From Eledone cirrhosa (taxonomy: Eukaryota): a DNA stretch of 64,000 nt. Shown here in pieces: positions 27,912 to 40,550 of this stretch. The stretch spans positions 36,828,001 through 36,892,000 of the forward strand of contig OZ024756.1 of assembly GCA_964016885.1 (NCBI GenBank), given 5' to 3'. The notes below the pieces were generated by a model. That model saw only the letters and a list, made by a program, of their open reading frames with translations. It was not told where the DNA came from and did no database searches. Every line of letters begins with the position of its first letter. Position 1 is the first letter of the stretch. The position numbers and the translations under genes were made by a program.

Positions 27912-30900
27912 CATGTATGTATGTATGAGGCATTAAGTCTAGAATATCAAATATGTAAATAAAAATCTTACTGTGAGTAAATGTACAAATGTGATGTGGG
28001 GGGGGGGGGGGGGATATGTGATGGTGGGGGGGGGGTATATAATGTATATGTGAGTATCTAAGGACAATATCAAGTTGAAGAACTTACCATTATTTGAGCC
28101 AAACATAGAACTATTATATTTGAGGACTTACTGCTGGCAATGGCATAGAAGAACTGTACAAAGAAAATAATAAGATTATTAACAATGGTTTTTGATTTAG
28201 GCACATGGCTAACAATTTGTTGGGGAGGGGAAAATCTATTAAATTGAACCTAGTGCATTACTGGGGCTTTATTTTATCGAAGGATGAAAGGCAAAGTAGA
28301 CCTTCGCGGGATGTGGGATTTTGAACTGAAAATGTAAAGAGAAGGAACAAATACTGTTAAACAGTGAAACACAGTGACAACAGCTGGGAATTGAACTCAT
28401 AAATCAGACAAGCTAAAAGACCAACTTACCCTGGTGAGTGTAATGAGGAGTCCTCGAATTGATGTAATGATGATAATACCAATGAGCCAAAATGATATCT
28501 GTTGTGACCAGAACTTTACCTGTAAATAACAATAGTAATTAGTGTGACCAAAAGATTACCTGTAAACAACAACAGTAACTATCAGTTGTGACCAGAGCTT
28601 TACCTGAACTGCCCTGAACATGTATATTTAATAGAGCTATTGAGAATAGGACATTGGTTATGTATATTTAACACTTTCATGACTTGGGTAAACCCTGAGC
28701 AAGATGGTTGGATAACAAACATGAGCATGGCTGGTCACACTTGGGAGGGGGGTCCAGCCGGATCTGTTGGAGATGGTTGTTTCTGATAGGAGCCACTGGA
28801 GGGAGTGTCTGAGGACTGCCCCCACGACTCTCTCAGGAATAAGTGGGCAAAAAAGAAGCTGACTATATTTTCGATATTTTAATTAATGAAGAATTTTGAT
28901 GGATTAATTAAAACTATTACTTATTTCTTAACTAAGATAGTAACTTAATATATGGTTTTGATATAGATAAAAAAATAATGAATACCCCCCCCCCCCCCCC
29001 CCATTATTTAACTGGTACTTTGTTTACGAGAGAAAGAGAGAAGTGAAGTACTTCATGCTACAGACAGCAATAAGAACAACAACTATACTTACATCAAATT
29101 GTATTCCCAGATAGTTCACAGCAATTTCTGTCCCTCGAGTGACTGGGTCAACTTTGCCCACCCGATCAAAGATGATGTTAATGGCTGACTGTAAGAGAAG
29201 ACAATATATGTAGTGAGAATAATATAGCCCTGAACATGTATATTTAATAGAGCTATTGAGAATAGGGCATTGGTTATGTATATTTAACATTTTTATGACA
29301 CTTTCATCCCCGACGTGGCCCACGGTTGTTCCTTACCATGAATATTTTCCACACACAATATATTGAAAAGAAATATCCAAGGAAGTTGAAATATTTTCCT
29401 TTCAAAGTTTTGGATTCTTCAATTCTTTCCTGAAAAATATGGAATAAAGAAAGAAAAATAACTTAATGATGAAGACAGAAACTGTGAAGTGGTTGGTGAT
29501 AAGAAGGATATTCAGTCGTAGAAACCTTGCCAAAAAAAGGGTTGAGAGTGATCTTTAGTTGTGTTAAAGACACGACAACCTCCCTGGTTCTAATGCCACT
29601 ATAAAATACACTCAGAACACTCTGTAAAGTGGTCGGTGATAGGAGGAGGCATTCAACCATAGAAAACTTGCCAAATAAAGGGTTGAGAAAACTCTTCAGT
29701 TGTGTCAAAGACATGACGACACCCCTAGTGTTTGATGCCACTATAAAATGCACTTAGTGCACTCAGCAGAGTGTAGGAATATATGTGAGTGAGATGCAGT
29801 CCCAGCCTGTCTGAGTGGTGGCCAGTAGGTTCAATTAAGTAATGACTTAGCTTGTGATGACCCACCCAACACTTGTTAGCTGGGAAGAAAACAGAAGTAT
29901 CATTGTGGAAATAAAGATGAGGTATTATAAAATGATATAAAGAAATCCTACCTGGGTATTGTGTAAATCCACAGATTCAAGAAACAGCTGTCGACTAAGT
30001 TCTTCAAGTGCATATGTCTCATCTTTTAACTGTGACACATCTAACATGGAGTTAAAGATCACCAACATCATCATCATGAGTATCAACAACATGAAGACCA
30101 ACATCACCAACATCATGACGACCAGCATCACCAACATCATAAATATCATCATAACACATCACCAACATCATGACAACCAGCATCACCAACATCATAAACA
30201 TTATCAACATAACACTACACCTGATATTCCCCCTCAATACACACCTGCATGTGTGTGCGTCTGTGTGTATATCATGACTCACACTGTTTACTTTCTTGAC
30301 GTTTGTACATTATTCTATGTACTATACATGCACCTTTGATATGTTGTAGTGTACCTGAGCACTGTAAACAATAATTTTCACTATTATCATAGTTAATGAT
30401 AGAGAAAGAAATACATAGGGAGTTTTTAAAGTGTATATACTTATCTGAAAACCTTCCATCATTACTTTATGTAAGAATTTTCGTTGTTTCAAACACTAGC
30501 TTAACAACAAGAAAGCTAGTTATTGTTACTAAATCCCTCCAAATATTAGATTAGTTTTGAAATTATTTGGAAACTATCGACAGTGTCTTTCATTAGAAAT
30601 ATGGTAACAAAAGGGTTAATGTGTTTATATTTATCTAATGATGCCAGCTTAATTATGAGAAAGTTAGCTACATCACTAAATCCTTCCTAATTATTTGAGA
30701 ACCATAGGCAGAGTTTTTCTCAAGAAATATGGTAACAAAAGGTTTAATGTGTTTATATTTATCTAATGATGCCAGCTTAATTATAAGAACCGTAGGCAGA
30801 GTTTTTCTCAAGAAATATGGTAACAAAAGGGTTAAAACAATACTCTGTCTGTTTGTTGTCTAATAAAGAACCTTTTTTAAGTTATCTTCCAAACAACAGC

Positions 30901-33900
30901 TTAATGATAAAGTTAGTTATATTACTAAACCCATCCAAATTCTAGCTGATTTTCAAAAGGATTTGAAAATAACAGTGTCTTTCATTAGAAACAGAGAAAT
31001 GAAAGGGCAGGCGAAGAAAGTCAAAGAACTGAAAAAAATGAAGACATGTTTATATAGAAAGTTGATGTGGATGAAAGGATACTCTCTGTGGTTACTGTAG
31101 ATGTAGTAGTACGAAACATTCCAAACAAACCCCTTTGGTTTTTGTTGAGAGCAGCTTGTCGGAGGTAATCTCTCTGGGCTAATGCAATTCTAGGAGAGAA
31201 AGAGAAAGAAAGACAATTACATACATATATGTCAATGTGCGTGAATGACCAAGCATGGATGAGTTGAGAGAGAAACTGTGAATAAGAGGGATAAGTTGTA
31301 GTGTGCGGGAGAGAAGACTGTGTTGGTATCGACATGTGATGCGCATGGAGGATGACTGCTGGGTAAAGAAGTGCCAAGAAATCCCAGTAGAAGGAAGACG
31401 CAGTAGAGGAAGACGACGAAAAACATTGGTGGAGGTGGTGAGAGCTGACCGCAGATCGCTGAAGCTCACAGAGGAGATGACGAATGACTGCGACAAGTGG
31501 AGAGATGCTGTGCTGAATAGGACTCATCCCACCCTTGCAAGCAGGGAAAAGCAGACGTAAAATGATGATGATGATGATGTTGAGGCATGACTCATAGGCT
31601 CAGCCAAGACTCATAGGTGAAGGAATAGCTCATAGTTCTATAGGCGCAAGAATGGCTGTGTGATTAAGGAGTTTGTTTTGTAAGCACAAGGGCTCAGGTT
31701 CAATTCCAACAATGACAATGGCCGAGATATTTAAGGGGCATCACTGATCAGTAAGGAGTGAATACATGGCCATAAAGTTCAAATCTAGTGAGTTATGTCC
31801 TTCAGCAAGGTACATAACTCTTCTTACTTGGACGTGTGTGTGGATGTTATAATTTTAATCTTAAATTCTTGCTTAGATGGGTATAATATTGATATGGCAT
31901 ATATTCAAAATTTCTTTCTGTTTGTCCGAGTCTATATATATATACATATATATATCATCATTTGTGGTATCTTACCACACTTTCTTTGTTATATGAAAAA
32001 TTCAGGACCCCAACAGCTGAGCTCCTGCAGTTTCAACAGCTAGATTTGAACTCTTTTCATATTACCCACTCTACTACCCCAAGTAGGAATGGTCTAACTG
32101 GTTTTTACTGCATCCATTCTGATTTATAGATATATATGTGTGTGTGTGTGTGTGTTAAATGAATGGCCAAAGTTCATGCTGGAATCAAATCATTTATTGT
32201 CTGATGATGATGATAAACACACCATACAGTGTATATATTCGTGTATATGTCACATCTCCATTTTATATACATTTACAATGTACCATATATGTTGAATTGA
32301 GGTTTTATAGGTCAAGTAGATAAGTCACATGATGGATTTTCACATTGTATTTTAATGGAAAAAGTGTGACTTATACACATATAAATAGTATGTGAGTTAT
32401 GAAGTATGATGTTTTTGAAGCATGTGTAATGAAATGTGTGATGTGTTATGAAATATGATGTTATAAATGAAATATGCATTTAGGAATTTTGGAGTACGAT
32501 GTTATAAAATATGTGTTATGAAATGTATGATGTGTGTTATAAAGTGTGTAATGAAATGTGTGTAATGAAATGTGTGATATGTGTGTTATGAAATATGTGT
32601 AATGAAATGTGTGATATGTGTGTTATGTAATATGATATTATGGAATCTGAGTTGATAAATGATATCTTACCGTTTTTTCTTCATCACAATCATGTCCATA
32701 GTTTGGATAAGTCTTTTCTCAATACTTTGTATATCGGAGTCTGTTATATGCCTAACAGGTTATAAATGGAGTAGAGTTGACATATGAGTAAATAGTAATA
32801 ATGGTAGAAGTCATTTCTATAGGAAATAAATTTGTACTTTATTAATGTATTGAATATCTTTTCTAATTGTGTATTTTTTTCCATTTCTCTATGGAAAATC
32901 ATTCTTAATTATATATATATATGTATGTATGTAAAAGGTAAACAGAAATAGCAACACAATCGGTACAGTATATGGAAGGGATATATTAGGTTAATGCTTG
33001 ATATAGCAGGAAGAGGGTCTTAACGTTTCATATTAGTAATAATAATAAATGTGAAGACTAAAACCCGAGAGGGCTCGATAAGGATAATATATATATAATA
33101 TGTAATATGTTTCAGAAGATCCCATTAAGGGTGAAAGCAGCGATTCTTCGCTTAAACTTTAACCTGTTATTTTAATAAATATATATATTAAGAAAAACAA
33201 ACAAGATTTCACATTAATGTCTTTATTAATTATGCACAGTTCTGACCGTTTCACAGATGGGTGGCTCAGAAATCTATATAAATGGTATAAACCCAACTCC
33301 CAATCAGCTCATTAGACTTGTTAATGAAGCTAAACCAAAATCTATCTATCTACGTGTAGGCACCATGGAAAAAAGCTCCCAGCACTCACTGTAAATGAAG
33401 TTGGTGTTAGGAAGGGCATCCAGCTGTAGAAATCAAGCCAGAATCAGTTCCTGTATGAGCAAGACAAGGTCAGCCGATTGGACACTGCCTTCAACAGAAC
33501 AATCCGTCTAACCCATGCTAGCGTGGAAGAACGGACGTAAAATGGTGATGATGATGATGATATATTTAACATAGTTTTCTCTGAGAGAGAAAGAGTGGTG
33601 GTAACTACAACAAGAAAGATGGAATCCTTACCTGACAAAGTAGGACATGTATGTATAGGGACAGTTGACAGCACCAAACCCTGACAAAAGGGCCATTAAA
33701 GTCACACCTATCACACCAACACGGCCAATACACTGCTCTATGGAGAAAATCCCTGATATAGAAGAAAAGAGAGAGAAAGATATTTCTGAAAATGTGGGGC
33801 AATGAGAGTTTAAGGAGTTGTTAATTAGTTTGAATTAAATATAGCTGCAGTTATGTGGAAATAAAAGAAGGAAAAGAAAGAGCTACTCACCATGTTTAGG

Positions 33901-34557
33901 ACTAAGGATAGGGAAGGGATCTCCAATTTTCCAGAAGAAATATAGAAATATCCACCACGTTACACCAGTCAAAATCATCTGTACATGTTTTTTCTGAGGA
34001 ACTGGAAATAAGAAAACAAAAATGGTAAATTATAGAACAGCAATTTATATATAACTCTTTCATTATGATGATGAACATCATTGTTTAACACTTTAGCATT
34101 TAAACTGGCCATATCTCAGCCACTCATACTGATGTTAAGGTATTGTTCTCAAAATAAATAATATCAAAATCTCATAGATTTGATATTATGTGAGATAAAG
34201 CCTTTGTGAGGTAAAGTGAAAATACAATAGTAAATATAGAGTTATATACATATCTCTAACAAAAATACACCCCCGTCCCGCTACCCTCACCCCATCCACA
34301 CCACCCCTTTCAATGTAAAGTTATGTTGGTACCACAACATCCAGTCCGAAACAAATGTGGCCGTGTAGGAAACACGGTAAAAACCTCCCAGTCCACACTG
34401 TAAACGTGGTTGGTGTTAGGAAGGGCATCCAGCCGTAGAAAACCTGCCAGACAGTCCTATGTGAGCAAGACAACCACTCTTGCCTCAAGTGGGAAAACTC
34501 CCGTCCAAACCCATGCAAGCGTGGAAAATGGACCTTAAACGACGATGATGATGATGA

Positions 34558-34605
<48 letters not shown>

Positions 34606-34800
34606 TCATCATCATCTTCGTTTAACGTCCATTTTCCACACTTGCATGGGTTTGGACGGGAGTTGTCCCACTTGAGGCAAGGCTGGTCGGGTGACCGTGT
34701 CTCGCTCATATAGGACTGTCTGGCAGGTTTTCTACGGCTGGATGCCCTTCCTAACACCAACCACGTTTACAGTGTGGACTGGGAGGTTTTTACCGTGTTA

Positions 34801-34831
<31 letters not shown>

Positions 34832-37624
34832 TTATACATACCTAGCCGTATTGTGCTTACAACATAGTAAGCTATATGCATTGGCAGGACAGCAATAAGA
34901 ACAAATAAAATAGCATAAAGACCCAGCTTCCAATGGAAATATCTAGAACTGTAGAAGATAAGACATAAACTACTATCAGTTAATTATATACACACACTGA
35001 CATACACATACAGACATATACATACATATACTGACATACACATAGACATATACTGACATACACATAAACATAGACATATACAGGCAGACATACACACACA
35101 TATACATATACAGAGGCATACACATAGACATATACTGACATACACATATACAGACATACATACACACAGACATATACATATACAGAGGCATACACAGACA
35201 TACATAGTCATATACACACATATAGACACACATACACTGACAGAGACACACACAGACATACACATACACACAGGCACACACACAGACAGACATACATACA
35301 TAGACACACATACAGACATACACATACACATAGACATACATTCATAGTCATATACACATATTAACAACTGTGTGTGTGTGTGTGTGTTCAATGGTGTGTA
35401 TATACTAGAGTTAAAATTGATAAAACAATATTCACCTTGCATCTAATATTCCAAGTATTTCGAAGATAATTAACTCAAACATTGTACAACACAAGGAAAA
35501 TGTAATGGAGAAGACCAGAAGGATTGCTGACCGATGAACCTAGAAAAAAGTGTGACAATATATTTATATGAAACAGAAATAACAGTGTTGGTTATTATAT
35601 TTTAAAATATTTCCGTACCATATTTTTAATGAAAAGACAGACACACACACTGACACACGTACACACACACATACAGACAAACATAAACACATTGAAAGCT
35701 TACAAGTTATTTTGGAAATAATCAAGAATTTGGGAAGATTTAGTAATATAACTTTTTCCTTATTGAGCTGGTGTTTGGAAGATAACTTTAAGGTTCTTAT
35801 ACACGGGTATGATAGAAAGTTTTTAAATAAATATGAACACTTAAGCCCTTTTGTTACCATATTTAGACAGAGGTAAATGATGATAGTTGAGGTAAGTTTT
35901 GTCGATGTAAGGCACACGCAGAGGTGTAAGGCAGGCTTAGTTGACGTGTGGTAAATAGAGTTGAGGTATGTATTGTCTAGGGATAACCCAAGCTGGGTTT
36001 AGGTAAGAAAAGAAAGAAGAAATTAGTTGTCATTCAGAGAATACTTACTTCATAATCTTTAAATAACTGTTTTAAGAAGAATACCCAACCTCCAGCAAAA
36101 AACAACACCTGAAAATAGTAAATAAAAGTACAGAAATTATATGAATGTTATATTTGTCATCACCAGTAATGCACTGGGGTCAATTTAATCAACTTACCAC
36201 TCCCCCAAAATTGTTGACCTTGTCCCTGAATCAGAAACCATGGATTGGCAGTATCGGTAGAGGGTCAGACGCCATGCTTTGACGCATAGAGTTACGGTCC
36301 TTACCATTCTGAGTTCAAATCCCACCGAGGTTAACTTTGCCTTTCATCCTTACGGGGTCGATAAAATAAAGTACCAGTAATGTACTGGGTATTTGCTGGC
36401 CTTGTGCCAAAAGTAGAAACAATTATTATCATTATCTATATTATTGATAGAGTGTCAGACATGCTTTACGGTATAAAGTTACGACCCTTTACATTCTCCG
36501 TTCAATTCCTGCCAAGGTTAGCTCTGCCTTTCACCCTTACAGGGTCGATAAAATAAAGTACCAGTAATGCACTGAGATCGATTTAATCAACTTTTCCCTT
36601 CCCCCAAGTTTGTTGGCCTTGTGCCTAAATCAGAAACATTACCTATACTATCAATATGCTGTGTTCGTAATTACCTTTATGTAATAACGCCTCAGAAATA
36701 CGTATTATTAAAACGAATAATGGAAATCTAGCATTCGTATTTTTATCATTATTGTACGTATACTTCGTCATGGAACACCATTTCGGAATTGGAAGGTTAC
36801 ATATGATCCTTAATTACACAATTCTTTACATTGTTTACTGATTGGGGCGTTATAAACGCAACTCCAGTTAGTCAACATTTTATAACACAAAAAAAAAAAA
36901 TATATATATAGTGTTTCTGAAGAATACGGCCGATTGAACAGGGATTTTGAGACTATAAATAGGTAATAACTTAACCACTACCATGTTAATCGATACATCG
37001 ATCTTCCACGATCAATCGACCCTCTGAAACTATCGTAAAACAATTAATTATCTAACTACCTACGTGTGACGTCTGTCTTTTTTTCCATTGTTTTATACAC
37101 AAACTATATATATATATATATATATATAATACATTGTCCCTATCCCTTAAAACTTAGAAAAAACCCTCAAAACAAGAGTTGTTGAGGTGAAAGAGAACCC
37201 GTTAAGTATACATCACTCGTTAAATATTGTTCGATAACTTTTCAAGTTTGTTTTCTTTAATCCAAATCACTCGGCTAAGAGCAAAAGAAAGTTGTAAAAA
37301 TTCCACTGGAGGAGATAAAAAGTTGAGAACAGGAAATGGGTAAGTGAAACTATCTCAGTTTATTACTGGTACCTATTTCACTGATCGCGGTCGTCAGTAG
37401 ACGGATGTGGTACCTGTTTCACTGATCGCGAGGGGAGTAGAGGAATGAAAAGATCTCGTTGGAGTTTGAACTCAGAACCAACAGAGTTGCTACTGTGTTA
37501 CAGCTGTCTCTGCCCCATTTGCAACATTGTTTTATGTCTGAGAGAGAAAGAGAAGTGATGAATTAAAAAGATGACATCTTACTTGAGAGAAGAGCATAAC
37601 GAGTGAGTCAACAAGGAAAGACAT
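26451..37624 (-). CDS. GPR89: Golgi pH regulator (GPHR/GPR89), complete, 15 coding exons, 456 aa
   Basis: Exons in transcript order: 37583-37624 ([14 protein letters not shown]), 36049-36108 (KQLFKDYE), 35436-35539 ([13 protein letters not shown]), 34842-34948, 33891-34001 ([17 protein letters not shown]), 33632-33752 ([23 protein letters not shown]), 32671-32751, 31083-31189, 29952-30040 ([12 protein letters not shown]), 29337-29429 ([21 protein letters not shown]), 29093-29188 ([13 protein letters not shown]), 28430-28519, 28088-28153, 27005-27063 ([13 protein letters not shown]), 26451-26595 (FYHRWF...QAPEKNLL*). Sum 1371 nt in one open frame. Confidence 0.97.
27678..27848 (+). mobile_element. 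(TA)n-embedded palindromic element, family P
   Basis: Tail ACCAGAGTACTCAATAGTTGGGGTAGTAGAGTGGGTAA, then fold GAAAAGATTCAGGACCCC...GAAACGGC...GCCGTCGGGGTCCTGAATCTTTTC. Confidence 0.75.
30041..31082 (-). other. U12-type (minor spliceosome) GT-AG intron, GPR89 intron 8
   Basis: Donor GTATCCTTTC (31082-31073); branch-site-like TCTTTAAC (30058-30051) about 12 nt from the AG; no polypyrimidine tract. Confidence 0.88.
30060..30215. repeat. Degenerate CATCACCAACAT repeat inside the U12 intron
   Basis: Recurring CATCACCAACATCAT. Confidence 0.8.
31232..31578 (+). mobile_element. RTE-clade LINE 3' end with (GAT)n tail, antisense within GPR89 intron 7
   Basis: ORF 31303-31560 [14 protein letters not shown]...[13 protein letters not shown]...DKWRDAV, then CCCTTGCAAGCAGGGAAAAGCAGACGTAAAATGATGATG. 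Confidence 0.85.
31991..32120 (-). mobile_element. Degenerate family P element
   Basis: TTCAGGACCCCAACAGCTGAGCTC...GTTTCAACAGC...ATTACCCACTCTACTACCCCAAGTA. Confidence 0.65.
34371..34799. repeat. Long inverted repeat formed by two tail-to-tail family 2 SINEs around (TA)n
   Basis: ~190-200-bp arms (34371-34560 versus 34602-34799) are near-exact reverse complements. Confidence 0.9.
34988..35360. repeat. Compound (CA/TACA/GACA)n low-complexity repeat
   Basis: Cryptically simple ACATAC/ACAGAC sequence. Confidence 0.85.
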
Positions 37625-38382
37625 GGTTGTTGTCTGGTTGCTTAAGCGGTGAAGATATAATAATAATTGTCAATTCTTCACTACGACCTTTAACAGTTCG
37701 TTTCTATGATATTTAGTGTAGTTTTCTGGAGAGTTTCACACTAGCACGAAACTATATTGCAGCCTGGTTGCCGTCATAAGGTCGACCAAATACGTGTCGG
37801 GCAACATTAAAGAGCAGACGTTGGCCATGTTAACGTTGCTAACAGCCGGTGTCACACCTAATATGCAACACTACTAACCATTGGCCAGTGTCGTTCATGA
37901 ACTTTCTTTACGTAGTTCATTCTATCCCTGACATATTTCAACGACTGATATATTTTCGTCGTCAAGACACTTATTTCCATCTTACTGACAGCTAGTTAAT
38001 TAAATAGGAAGAAATTTAGTAAATATTAGTACATCTGTTTATTTACTAGATTGCAAGGGGGATTCCAATAAAGGATTCCCGGTCTGGACCAATGATATTT
38101 CTGCTTACATCGCAACGTAGTGGGAATTCCTGGCTGTTCCATTTAGTTGCATTACACCAACGTAGAAGTATCGTTGTCGCATTCTTTTCGAAGCAAATGT
38201 TGACGAAGAAATTGTCTCCAGTCACAAAAGAAAGTTCTCAATTCTATATAGTACATTAAAAGTGGTTAGTGAAGGAGCAAAATATAAGATTTGAGATTAG
38301 TTTAGGGAGTTAAAGAGTGTTATGTGTATTAGTCAGAGCACATGTTCTACGAGGAGGACGCCATATTCTGTCGGCTGTAAAA
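37625..38382. promoter_or_regulatory. Shared bidirectional promoter and 5'UTR region of GPR89 and USP25/28
   Basis: Start codons diverge 758 bp apart; the interval is free of microsatellites and SINEs and visibly richer in CpG than the surrounding introns. Confidence 0.75.
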
Positions 38383-39914
38383 ATGACAGTGGAACAGTCT
38401 TCTCTACAGCAACAACTTACCCAGGTATTGTCTTTTTTAATAACTCAATCAATCAACACACCTATTTAATGGTCTCGTTAGCTATTATTTCTCTATGTTA
38501 TTTAATGAATTATTTCGTCGATTTCTGTGGCGTTCAAACAAAAATAACAGCACCAGCCAGTAAAGCCTTCATATCGCCCCGACCACAACTATAAAGCCGT
38601 GTCCATCACTACCTTTGCTACCACCTCACTATTTATTCTCTCTCCCTTTCACTCTTACTTCTACACATCTCTTTATAAACTATATGGATATTTATATATA
38701 GTATGTAATAAACACACACATATATATATAAAGTCATATATATGTACATATATATACACATATATGTGTATGTTTATCAATGTACATGCATATACGCAGA
38801 CATAATTATATATTGGATATATACGATGTACGTTTACATACTAAATATATCTACACATTACATACACAAACACATACTTAGATTTGAAATGTCGTAGTTA
38901 TATATAAGAAAAGGAAGGTGAAGAAATGGTCGTCTTTTTTTGTTATTCAAGTTAGTTTTAATATCTATTATCGGTTTTTCGCCGAGTACCTTCCTTCACC
39001 AAGTCTTTGGAATGTCTTGTATGAACACATCTTTACACACTGACCCTGTGTATATATATATATATAAATATATGCGTATAAATCTAATATATATTTGTAT
39101 ATCCGGGCGTGTATATGTATGTATACATAATGTTTGTGTGTAGTGAATCTTCAATAGGGAAATATACATAAATAGAAACTATACAGTGTGCGTATATCTA
39201 TATTATATAATACGAATAGAATCTTCCTATATGATATGCACTTGTCGATATTTATATATGTGTACTATATATATATATATAATCTCCATACATATTTGTA
39301 AATCCAGCTGGTTTGTTGATTTAATTTTGAGCGAACCCTTGGTTTACATTTGCACATTTTATACTATATATATATATGATGTAAACATTATGCTAACGGC
39401 AAACGGGTTGGAGGAAAAGAAAAGTACTCAATACATACTGCGTGTGAGTGTGTATGTTTTGTTATTAGAAGCAAGAATCTTCTTGAAAATCATAACTCTT
39501 CCGAGTTTCCAGTTTCGACGATTCTTGCTTGAAACGTTTCGACAATGCGAAATCTGATAATGATTCTTTCATTTATTAGCCACGAGGGCTTGCACATACA
39601 ATACAATAAACGTTAGGAGCAAAAAAAGAGTTTTTAGTATAATATATATATATAATATAGTATAATATATATATATATATGATGGGTTTGGATGGAACAG
39701 TGTTTTAAGAAATTGAGGGTAGGAGCAAAGTACGTTATAAGAAAATTGTTTCAAACGTAGATAGCCACAAGGCTATAAAAAAAATTGAAGGGAGTTTGGG
39801 GTTTGTCGATAAAAACGTTCCCAGTATTTCACTGGTGTTCAGCTTGTTAACCCCTCGGCAGGATTTAATCACAACCTAAAGAACCCCGATCCCGAAATAG
39901 CACAAGGTAATTTG

Positions 39915-39950
<36 letters not shown>

Positions 39951-40258
39951 CGCACCAGAGTACTCAATACTTGGGGTAGTAGAGTGGGTAATAGGAAAAG
40001 GTATGACCTCGACGGCTATTTCTGGACTAAATTTAGTCCAGAAATAGCCGTCGAAACGGCTTGAGCTCCGCCGTTGGGGGTCATACCTTTTCCTATATAT
40101 ATATATATATATATGATCATTATTCTACACACAAATATCATATATTGTGTGTGTAACGTATCACCAAGTTTATTTGCTCTCAGCTATCAAATATATACCT
40201 CTTGTTGATAGTTTGAGATACCCAACACCACAAATGTTATCCCACCACTGATATCCAC

Positions 40259-40314
<56 letters not shown>

Positions 40315-40475
40315 AGTCTTATTTATCTCTGTGTGATGGCTTCTGTGTTGCCTTGTGTATTTGTGTATATGAATATCTGGCTGGGTGTGGTTTATGTATG
40401 TGTCTGTCTGTGTGGGTGGTTGTCTATCTGTTTGCGGTCTCTTTGTGGTCGAAAAGCGGACGTAAAATGATGATG

Positions 40476-40550
<75 letters not shown>

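Noticed and set aside
31303-31560. 85-aa nested antisense gene in GPR89
   Set aside because: It is the C-terminal remnant of an RTE LINE ORF.
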